Below the pieces are notes generated by a model. The model had not been told where the DNA came from and did no database searches. It saw nothing but the letters and a program-made list of their open reading frames with translations. This document shows positions 19,123 to 26,510 of a stretch of 64,000 nucleotides of DNA, piece by piece. Source of the DNA: Candidatus Dormibacter sp. (lineage in GTDB: Bacteria > Chloroflexota > Dormibacteria > CF-121); contig JBDTEO010000011.1 of assembly GCA_039922495.1 (NCBI GenBank), positions 76,439-140,438 of the forward strand. Direction: 5' to 3'. Numbering within the stretch: position 1 is the first letter of the stretch; each line of letters opens with the position of its first letter. The position numbers and the translations under genes are program-made.

Positions 19123-19658
19123 GAGGTCGACCCTTCGGGCTCGTCGCTCCGCCGCTCGTGCTCGACTTCAGGTCGAGTGGGCGGCGTTTGGCCCTGTTTG
19201 AAGACGCCCCATTCTTGCAGCGACCGGCGCAGCATTTCCGGTGAGGTCTTGTAGGCGGCCGCCAGCTGTTCCAGGTCATCGCCCCGCAGGGTGACGACCC
19301 CGGTATTGAAATCATGCCGCTGCTGCTGGAGGCGGGCCACATGCCTGGCGAGGATCGAGCCCTGCCGTTCCGGCAGGCCCTGGAGCTGGTGCAGATCGAT
19401 GGCGAGCTTCGGCGGGAGGGCGGGCTCCAACAACGCATCCGTCTCCTCCGGCAGCAACTGGTTGACCGGCACGCTGTAGAGGGTGGCGATCTGGGCGAGC
19501 CGGGTCACCGAGATGTTGCGGTCGCCGCGCTCGTAGGCCGCCAGTAAGGAACCCTTGAGTCGCTTGTTGGAGAGGACCTCGACCTGTTGCAACGTCAATC
19601 CACGTTGCTTTCGAAGGCTCCTTAGCCTGGCTCCGACCTTTCGCGAATACCCGTCCAT
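19119..19658 (-). CDS. bldD: BldD-like XRE regulator with c-di-GMP-binding C-terminal domain
   Basis: GARLRSLR..GLTLQQVE, YERGDR, PKLAIDL, RHD-X8-RGDD, LQEWGV match recalled BldD architecture; AGGGGGA RBS. Confidence 0.85.
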   Translation of the reverse strand: MDGYSRKVGARLRSLRKQRGLTLQQVEVLSNKRLKGSLLAAYERGDRNISVTRLAQIATLYSVPVNQLLPEETDALLEPALPPKLAIDLHQLQGLPERQGSILARHVARLQQQRHDFNTGVVTLRGDDLEQLAAAYKTSPEMLRRSLQEWGVFKQGQTPPTRPEVEHERRSDEPEGSTS

Positions 19659-19785
19659 GTATCCCCCTTGACTGTGTGTGCTCAGTCTATCGCAGAACGC
19701 GATCTTGCACGAACGTGTTGGCTGCAGTCCGCCGGAAGGTGGTGGGGGGCTCGCCAATCGGGCGACACCACCATCCGTGGTCGCC

Positions 19786-19815
19786 ATTATGGAGGAGCTG
19801 TTTCCGCATTGTCAA
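19786..19815 (-). promoter_or_regulatory. Near-consensus sigma70 promoter of the bldD-like gene
   Basis: TTGACA-18 nt-CATAAT on the minus strand. Confidence 0.7.
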
Positions 19816-19818
19816 GTG

Positions 19819-21165
19819 CTACTTACTGCCAGAACGCTGAAGGCTTACAGGGTGGCCCGCCTCGTACGCTTGGCGAAACCGGGCGGAGGCCTGATGGGTA
19901 TCGCCTTCCTGTTCGAGCGCCCGCGCGTAGTCGTAGGCCACGCGGCCGCGCAGGTCCGGGCTGTCGATGCCGGCGGCGACCGCCAGCGCCTTCTCGAAGT
20001 GCCGGTGCGCAGGGGCGTACCGCCGTCGGGCGTGCTGTACCCGGGCGGCAATCCGATGGGTGGCGATGCTCGCGATCGGATCCGCTGATCGGGTAGCGAG
20101 GTCGAGGGCATCGTCAATCAGCGAGGTGGCTCGCTCCGGTGCACCCTGCTCGAGGGCGGCCTCCGCCATGCCGGCCACGAGCAGCGGTAACAGCTCGTGA
20201 TCGCCGACCCGCCGCAGTTGCGCCGCGCCCTCGCTGAAGATGGTCTCGGCTTCGGCCGCGCGCCCTTGCTGCAAGAGCATGTCCGCCATGTTGAGCCGGA
20301 GCTGGCCGGTCATCCTGACGTCCTGCAGGGTCTCGAAGATTCGCAGGCTCTTTTGCGCGTAGGAAAGGGCGCGCGGATACTGCCCGGTCTGCTGAAAGGA
20401 GAGCGCGAGGCCCTCGTAGATGCCGGCGAGGGCGGGCATGTCGAGAATCTGTTCGGCCGCCGCGATCGCCGCCTGATACGACGCGATCGCCTCTTCCGGC
20501 TGGCCGGCGACATAGGCCAGGTTGGCGCGGTGGCCGAGGATGCGCGCCTTGAGGACCGGGTCCGTCAGGCCGGCCTCCTGATAGAGGTCGAAGGCTCGAT
20601 CGAACCAGCGGCCCGCTTCGTGCGGCTGGCGCAACGCGTAGTAGGCGCGTCCGTGCCAGTCATACAACTCGACGAGGAGCGCCGGCGCGTTGGTTCGCTC
20701 CGCCACGGCAATCGCCTCGGCCAGCAGCGGCAGGGCGTCGGCAGCGTTGCCCCGCCGGATGTAGGCGCCGGCCAGGATGAGTTGGGCCCGGGTGCGGACC
20801 TGTTCCGGCACCTCGCGCGCCAGCACGGTTGCCATCAGGTGCTCGGCGCGCGCCGAGTCCCCCTGGTGCAAGCGAACCTCGGCCTCGGCGAGGGTCAACT
20901 CGATGGCGGCCGCCGACACCTCGGGACCCTCGAGAAAGTAGTCCACCGGCTGTTGGAGCCGGCGGGCGATGATCTGGAGCGTGTGGGTGGAAGGCTGGGC
21001 GCGACCGAGCTCGACCTGGTTGAGAAAGGCTCGGCTGAAGTCTTCACCCGCCACGGCGGCGAGACTGAGGCCAAGCTCCTGGCGGGCCTTTCGGATGCGC
21101 GAGCCCAGCGAGGCGGGTGCGGGAGCGTCCCGACGAGAACGCCCCCGCCGCTCAGTTGTAAGCAC
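19819..21165 (-). CDS. XRE HTH plus TPR-repeat regulator (RRNPP-like architecture)
   Basis: LGSRIRKARQELGLSL...FSRAFLNQVELGRAQPS HTH followed by about 8 TPR-like helical repeats; TAGACT -10 element 7 nt above the GTG. Confidence 0.88.
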   Translation of the reverse strand: MLTTERRGRSRRDAPAPASLGSRIRKARQELGLSLAAVAGEDFSRAFLNQVELGRAQPSTHTLQIIARRLQQPVDYFLEGPEVSAAAIELTLAEAEVRLHQGDSARAEHLMATVLAREVPEQVRTRAQLILAGAYIRRGNAADALPLLAEAIAVAERTNAPALLVELYDWHGRAYYALRQPHEAGRWFDRAFDLYQEAGLTDPVLKARILGHRANLAYVAGQPEEAIASYQAAIAAAEQILDMPALAGIYEGLALSFQQTGQYPRALSYAQKSLRIFETLQDVRMTGQLRLNMADMLLQQGRAAEAETIFSEGAAQLRRVGDHELLPLLVAGMAEAALEQGAPERATSLIDDALDLATRSADPIASIATHRIAARVQHARRRYAPAHRHFEKALAVAAGIDSPDLRGRVAYDYARALEQEGDTHQASARFRQAYEAGHPVSLQRSGSK

Positions 21166-21222
21166 CGCCTACAGTCTACCTGCTTCTGGTTGACAAGAAA
21201 AGCCGGTGTTCCGGTGCGGCCG

Positions 21223-21309
21223 CTACGGGTTTGGCCAGACGGTTTCGGCGCAGGCTACGATGGCAGAGGCGATGGCGAGCAGGACCCACGGGTTGAAGAA
21301 ACGCCGCAC
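21223..21309 (-). CDS. 28-aa secreted peptide precursor (putative signalling peptide)
   Basis: MRRFFNPWVLLAIASAIVACAETVWPNP; GGAGGT RBS with GGAGG 6 nt above the GTG; basic n-region, hydrophobic h-region and short polar tail. Confidence 0.75.
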   Translation of the reverse strand: MRRFFNPWVLLAIASAIVACAETVWPNP

Positions 21310-21389
21310 GGTGCACCTCCAGGACAGGCATGGATCGCGGTCGCCGAGCCGGTCCAAAACCAGCTTAGGAATGGGCCGAACGCGGCAGG

Positions 21390-21415
21390 GTGACATTCCG
21401 TAACGGATTTCGTAA
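21390..21415. promoter_or_regulatory. Candidate operator(s) upstream of the peptide gene
   Basis: GTGAC-ATTCC-GTAAC (BldD-box form), palindrome TCCGT-A-ACGGA and direct repeat ATTYCGTAA twice. Confidence 0.45.
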
Positions 21416-21476
21416 GGTGGGTCGCGAAGCTGAATACGCGAGCAGAGCCCTCTTTATAATCGAAGTCCGCTCACGC

Positions 21477-21550
21477 GTCCCCGTAGCTCAGCCTGGATAG
21501 AGCACTGGCCTCCGGAGCCAGGAGCACAGGTTCAAATCCTGTCGGGGACA
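21477..21550 (+). tRNA. tRNA-Arg(CCG)
   Basis: Acceptor GTCCCCG/CGGGGAC, anticodon loop CT-CCG-GA, GGTTCAAATCC; TATAAT at 21455; CCA not encoded. Confidence 0.95.
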
Positions 21551-21586
21551 CTTACCAAACAAGTTTTGAACCTTAGCGTGCGGGCG

Positions 21587-21859
21587 CTAGGCCGATCGCA
21601 TCTTCCGGGGTCTGCGCCAACGCGCACTTCGCCCGTCGGCGAATGACCCGGGACGTGTTTGTGCGGCCGCTCCTGCGCCTCCACCGTCTGGTTCTGTGCC
21701 GAACTTGCTGAAAATGCTCTGGAGGCGCGTCTTCACAGTATTCACGCTGAGGCGCGGCCGCTCGGCAATCTCCTTGATCGAACAGCCCTCCTCCGCGAGT
21801 GTGAGGACTCGTCGCTCGGCCGGAGTCAACATTCGATCGGGGTCAGATCGGCTGTTCAA
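21587..21859 (-). CDS. Stand-alone LuxR-type HTH protein, possibly degenerate
   Basis: LTPAERRVLTLAEEGCSIKEIAERPRLSVNTVKTRLQSIFSKFG. Confidence 0.6.
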   Translation of the reverse strand: MNSRSDPDRMLTPAERRVLTLAEEGCSIKEIAERPRLSVNTVKTRLQSIFSKFGTEPDGGGAGAAAQTRPGSFADGRSARWRRPRKMRSA

Positions 21860-21998
21860 AACGGTACTCAGCCTCTAGTTTGGACTCAGCGGAAGCAATT
21901 GGTCGCCCTCGTCTGGTCCCTACGACACATTCTGGACCATATCGCGGACCGCCCGATCCGTTTTCACCTCATGCAGTTTGGGCGGCGAGTACGACACA

Positions 21999-23528
21999 AT
22001 GATGCCCGGTATGACCTTGTCCGGGATCGAGGCTCGCCCCCCACGCCCGACCTTGCCGGACGTCGACTTCGATTGGGACCCTGGGACCTGGGAGCGCGTG
22101 GGCGGCCGGGCTTTGGAGGCGGCCATCCAGGCATCGACTGGGTGGTCACGTCGTCGCCCGTCGCCAGGCCTCGCCGCCGCTGAGGTCGCAGCGCGACTGT
22201 CAACCACATTTCCTGAACGCCCGGTGCCGCTCGACAGATTGATGACTCGAGTTGAACGGGACGTCATCCCACTGTCGAGCTTCAACGGGCATCCCGCCTT
22301 CTACGGCTACATCACCAGCTCGCCCAACCCGGTTGGGGTCGTCGGCAATCTGCTCGCAGGGGCGCTCAACCCGAACACTTCTTTGTGGCGAGCCGCGCCG
22401 GCAGCGACCACCATCGAGCTGGAAACGATCAGGTGGCTCAACACCATCTTCAAGTTCCCCGATACCGCCGAGGGGATTTTCAGCAGCGGTGGGCAATTTG
22501 CCAACGTCATCGCCTACGCGGTGATGCGGGATCAGCGCGCCGGTTGGGATGTGCGAGCCCACGGGATGCGTGGGCCTGACGGCCGCGCCCCGAAGCTCTC
22601 CGTATACGTCAGCGACCAGGCGCACTACTGCCACGAGCAGGCGGTGGAATTCCTGGGCATGGGGCGGGAGTCGATCCGCAAAGTGCCTACGGATGAGGCC
22701 TATCGGATGCGCCTCGACGCCCTGAGCGCCATGATCGCCGAGGATCGCCAGCGCGGCATGAGGCCGATTGGCGTGGTGGGCACGGCGGGAACCGTAGGAA
22801 CTGGCGCGGTTGACCCGCTCCCTGAGCTCGTCCGATTTACCCGCGCCGAAAACCTCTGGCTCCATGTCGATGGCGCCTACGGAGCGTTTGGCGTATTAGC
22901 CGAGAGCGCTCCAGCACCGCTCCAGGCCATGCGGGACGCGGATTCGATTGCCTGTGATCCCCACAAGTGGCTGTATGCACCGATCGATGCCGCCATCACC
23001 CTCATCCGCCATCCGGGTGCGCTGCAACAGTCGTTCGAGTTCCACCCTTCTTATCTGCAGCAAACGGCCGGCGCCTGCCGAGTCGATCTCGTTGAACGGT
23101 CACCGGAGAATAGCCGGCCATTCCGCGCATTCAAGGTCTGGCTGGCGCTGCAAGCCTATGGAGTTAGCGGCTACCGGGCGATGATCGAGCGCAACATCCG
23201 GCTGGCTGAATATATGGAGAAGTTGATCGCCGCGACGCCCGGGCTCGTCAATGCCGCACCGCGCGAGCTGTCGATCGTTTGCTGGCGGGTAGATCCTCCG
23301 TCCCACGGCTTGGCGCCTGAGCATGCCGACCAGTTGCAATCCGACGTGATCGCTGAGCTCGAGCGCCGTGGGATCGCGTTCGTTTCCAACGCCCACCTGC
23401 GTGACGGGCGAACGGCGCTTCGGGCGTGTATCGTTAACTTCCGCACAACTGTCGACGATGTCGAGCGTTTGGTGGCCGCGAGCCGCGACATCGGTCAGGA
23501 ACTGTCCAAGCCAAGCCGCGCCCGGTAG
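21999..23528 (+). CDS. Group II PLP-dependent amino-acid decarboxylase (DDC/GAD family)
   Basis: HPAFYGYI, GTAGTVGTGAVD, LHVDGAYG, DPHKW (PLP lysine), ENSRPFRAFKVW; start approximate. Confidence 0.9.
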   Translation: MMPGMTLSGIEARPPRPTLPDVDFDWDPGTWERVGGRALEAAIQASTGWSRRRPSPGLAAAEVAARLSTTFPERPVPLDRLMTRVERDVIPLSSFNGHPAFYGYITSSPNPVGVVGNLLAGALNPNTSLWRAAPAATTIELETIRWLNTIFKFPDTAEGIFSSGGQFANVIAYAVMRDQRAGWDVRAHGMRGPDGRAPKLSVYVSDQAHYCHEQAVEFLGMGRESIRKVPTDEAYRMRLDALSAMIAEDRQRGMRPIGVVGTAGTVGTGAVDPLPELVRFTRAENLWLHVDGAYGAFGVLAESAPAPLQAMRDADSIACDPHKWLYAPIDAAITLIRHPGALQQSFEFHPSYLQQTAGACRVDLVERSPENSRPFRAFKVWLALQAYGVSGYRAMIERNIRLAEYMEKLIAATPGLVNAAPRELSIVCWRVDPPSHGLAPEHADQLQSDVIAELERRGIAFVSNAHLRDGRTALRACIVNFRTTVDDVERLVAASRDIGQELSKPSRAR

Positions 23529-23624
23529 CTGCGAGAGATCGTCCGTGCTCTCAAACTCCAAGCCGACGCTGAGCTTTCGGTCGTTACTTTTCTTGTCGGC
23601 GGGCAGGGCAAGACTGAGGCGGCG

Positions 23625-24950
23625 CTACCCGTCAGCGTCTCGCCGCACCTCGGCGAGCATTCGCTCCACCGCCTCGCGGTCGCGCTCCGTCTTGGCCTCC
23701 GCGCGCGCCTGACCCCCAATCGTCTCGGCAACGCCCGCCGCGGCCTCGGCCCGATCGGCGGAGCCGCACTCGGCCGCGACCCGTGCCACCGCGGCCAGCG
23801 CCTGCAGCATGGCACGGACGACCGGGGTGTCCCCACTGGCGTAGCGGCTGATCTCGAGAAGAAAGCTGAGGTGATCGTTGAAGTCGCGGCGAGGCGCGAG
23901 CACCTCGAGGCCGCCACGCTGGGGGAAGCGGCGCACCACCGTCGGAAAGGAGCGGCAGGCGAGCTGCACGAGGATGGCGCGAATGTAGGCAATCGACGTC
24001 ACCGCTGTCGTCGGATCGTTGATCCCGGGGGACAGGGCCTTGATGGCGATGTCGGCGAGCTGTCGCAGCCCGAAGGCGGCGTCCTGTCCGATGTCCCGCT
24101 CGTCGCCGATGGCGACCGCCTCCCGGATGCGCTGTGTCAGTCGCCCAGCAGCCTCAGCCGGCCAGACCTCGGCGAGCGGCTGTTCCGGGCTGACGAAGTC
24201 GCCCGGTCGCACGAGCATCGCGAGTTGCTCCGGCCGGTTCTCGAGGCTCCCGACCAGCGCATCCAGCCCGATCCGCTGCACGAAGCCGGGGCCCGCCGGG
24301 AAGACGCGCCCCGGCTTTCGCGCGAGGCGCCAGGCCCGCAGCAGCTTGTCACCGTCCGCGTCCTCGACCCCGACGCCGTGCGGGTCAGGATAGAGACGGT
24401 TCACCCGCTCGAGCGTCTGGGCGGCAATGCTTGCCGTGATGTGTGAGACCTGGATCATCCGCGAAACATGGTGGATGAAGACGATCAGGAGGAGGACCGC
24501 CGCGATGCCCAGAGCAGACGCGACGGTGATGCTCAGCCGCGGCACGAAGTCGAGCCCCTGCGCGAAGCTGCCGACGGAGCGCAAGACGAGGATCGAGTAG
24601 ACGAAGATGCCAACGTACGAGCCCATCGTCACCTGGGTCAGACGGTCGCCGAAGAAGGTACGGAGCACGCGGGGGCTGAACTGGCTGGCCGCCAGCTGCA
24701 AGACGACCACGGTGATCGAGAAGGTCAGGCCCGCAACCGTGATCAGAGAGCCGGCGACGACGGAAAGCACGACGCGCGCCGCCGAGCCGTCGCCCTTGAA
24801 GACGGCCCCCACCCCGGTGAAGTCCACCCTCTGGTCGAGCTCCACCAGGCCGATGGCAAGGCCGGCGTAGACCACGACGACAAGCGCCGGGATGAACCAG
24901 AGTCCCTGCGTGAGATTGAGCCAGACCGCTTTGAGCCGGTTCGAGGACAT
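23625..24950 (-). CDS. DUF2254 family membrane protein
   Basis: LWFIP, LQLAASQFSPR, DIAIKALSPGINDPTTA. Confidence 0.88.
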   Translation of the reverse strand: MSSNRLKAVWLNLTQGLWFIPALVVVVYAGLAIGLVELDQRVDFTGVGAVFKGDGSAARVVLSVVAGSLITVAGLTFSITVVVLQLAASQFSPRVLRTFFGDRLTQVTMGSYVGIFVYSILVLRSVGSFAQGLDFVPRLSITVASALGIAAVLLLIVFIHHVSRMIQVSHITASIAAQTLERVNRLYPDPHGVGVEDADGDKLLRAWRLARKPGRVFPAGPGFVQRIGLDALVGSLENRPEQLAMLVRPGDFVSPEQPLAEVWPAEAAGRLTQRIREAVAIGDERDIGQDAAFGLRQLADIAIKALSPGINDPTTAVTSIAYIRAILVQLACRSFPTVVRRFPQRGGLEVLAPRRDFNDHLSFLLEISRYASGDTPVVRAMLQALAAVARVAAECGSADRAEAAAGVAETIGGQARAEAKTERDREAVERMLAEVRRDADG

Positions 24951-25004
24951 CAGCGGCCGCCTATCGGGCCGTCGGAGGCGGCCTCACAATCGATGCTGAC
25001 TTGG

Positions 25005-25289
25005 TTAAGCGCGACTCGCCAGGGGGTTTCGAAACGCGCATACCGCAAGACTACGGTGCGGGGGCAAGCCCTTAAAGGGGTGAGGCCAGCCATATGCGGT
25101 CGGGATCGACGGCGCGCCCAGCCCGATCGAGGTGTCCCATGAACTGATCAACTCCGCGAGCTCGCTGGGCCGGAATCCGACCAGCCGCGACCAGAGCCGA
25201 AAGTAGGGCGAACTTGGCCTCTGCGCCTGCATGGCGCGGTTGAGGACGCGCTGGGTCAGCACCGTCGGCCCGGCGCCCGCGATCTTCAT
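25005..25289 (-). pseudogene. Remnant of an AlkZ-like (HTH_42) DNA glycosylase gene
   Basis: VLTQRVLNRA fused directly to MQAQ.PSSPY..LWSRLVGF.P.EL; similarity is lost after about 25145. Confidence 0.6.
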
Positions 25290-25315
25290 TGGGGCGATGA
25301 GTTTATCGTGGCTTC

Positions 25316-25972
25316 GTGGCTCCCTCGGCAGCAGCAGTGTCGGCGCTCCACCGGCAGATCCAGCAGTGCACGCGTTGTGTCGAAGCCGGCTTTCTTCCGC
25401 GCGCCGCGCCGGTGCTGAGCGGCTCTGCCGACAACCGCATCATGCTGATCGGCCAAGCGCCCGGCATTGTGGAAGAGGTCCAGCGCCTACCCTTCCAGGG
25501 GCGCTCGGGCAAGATCCTGGTTCGCTGGTTGACGCGCGCCGGCTTTCAGTCGGAGGAGCAGATCCGGCGGCGCGTCTACATGACGTCGATCACGAAATGC
25601 TTTCCCGGAAAGGGCAGCGGCGGCGGCGATCGGCGCCCCAGCCGCGTCGAGGTCGACCTCTGCCGGCCGCACCTGGACCGCCAGCTCCGTCTGATCGACC
25701 CGGCGGTGATCCTGCTGGTGGGCGGCCTGGCCCACGAGCGCTTTCTCCCCGGACGTCCGCTCGGCGAGCTCGTCGGCGGGCTCTTCGATAGCTCCGGAAG
25801 GGCGGTCAGGCCAGGGCCGGGCATCCACCCGGTGCTCGTTCCCTTGCCCCATCCCTCCGGCGCGAGTCGATGGCTCAACGATCCGGCAAATGTTGCGCTT
25901 CTGGAGCGGGGCTTGCGCCGGTTGCGACCCATCGTCCGTCCCTACCTTGACGCCCACTTGGCTGGCGCATAA
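25316..25972 (+). CDS. Uracil-DNA glycosylase superfamily protein (family 4/5-like)
   Basis: CTRC, IGQAPG, PFQGRSG, KCFPG, LPHPSG. Confidence 0.88.
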   Translation: MAPSAAAVSALHRQIQQCTRCVEAGFLPRAAPVLSGSADNRIMLIGQAPGIVEEVQRLPFQGRSGKILVRWLTRAGFQSEEQIRRRVYMTSITKCFPGKGSGGGDRRPSRVEVDLCRPHLDRQLRLIDPAVILLVGGLAHERFLPGRPLGELVGGLFDSSGRAVRPGPGIHPVLVPLPHPSGASRWLNDPANVALLERGLRRLRPIVRPYLDAHLAGA

Positions 25973-25985
25973 GATTCCGACCAAT

Positions 25986-26510
25986 ATGCGCCGACGGCCA
26001 GAAGGGGACGCGGTCGAGCCGGAGGAAGCGCCTCGAGCGCCGCTGCGCCTCCCCCAGGAGCTGCCCGCCGGCGGCAAATCCGCGGACGACATCCTCGCCT
26101 CCATCTTTGCGCCGACCCCGGAGGCCAGCCCGCTCGAGCAGCTCGAGCAGACGCTCCGGCACCCCAAAAAGTTGATCTATATCGCGATGTCCAACCGCAA
26201 CTTCTACTGGAGGATGCACGTCTCGAAAGTCGTTCTTGATGAGGGCTACGTCCCGATCAATCCCTTCATGCTCTTCGACTATTACCTGCTCCATACCGTG
26301 TCCAAACAGCTGGTCCGGGAAGCGATCAACAACCTGCTGTCCCGCTGCGACGAGGTGTGGGTCTTCGGTACGGTGAGCCTCGGGGTGAAGGTCCAGGTCG
26401 GCATCGCCAAGCGCTTGAAGAAGCCGCTGCGCTTTTATGACGTCTCCGATCTTCCCGAGCGCGTCTTTCGGATCTCGGAGAAACTGGCCCAGGAGGAGGG
26501 CCGGGACTAG
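25986..26510 (+). CDS. Nucleoside deoxyribosyltransferase-fold hypothetical protein
   Basis: IYIA, PINPF, LLSRCDEVWVFG..S.GV, KPLRFY pattern. Confidence 0.6.
   Translation: MRRRPEGDAVEPEEAPRAPLRLPQELPAGGKSADDILASIFAPTPEASPLEQLEQTLRHPKKLIYIAMSNRNFYWRMHVSKVVLDEGYVPINPFMLFDYYLLHTVSKQLVREAINNLLSRCDEVWVFGTVSLGVKVQVGIAKRLKKPLRFYDVSDLPERVFRISEKLAQEEGRD

Noticed and set aside
19659-19787. N-terminal extension of the BldD ORF from ATG 19787
   Set aside because: That ATG overlaps the -10 box; the RBS and homology point to 19658.
21206-21403. 65-aa plus-strand ORF in the regulator-tRNA gap
   Set aside because: No RBS and no recognisable features; the minus-strand 28-aa ORF has a strong RBS and signal-peptide pattern.
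21477-25300. Prophage or integrative element at tRNA-Arg
   Set aside because: No integrase, phage genes or duplicated tRNA 3' end found.
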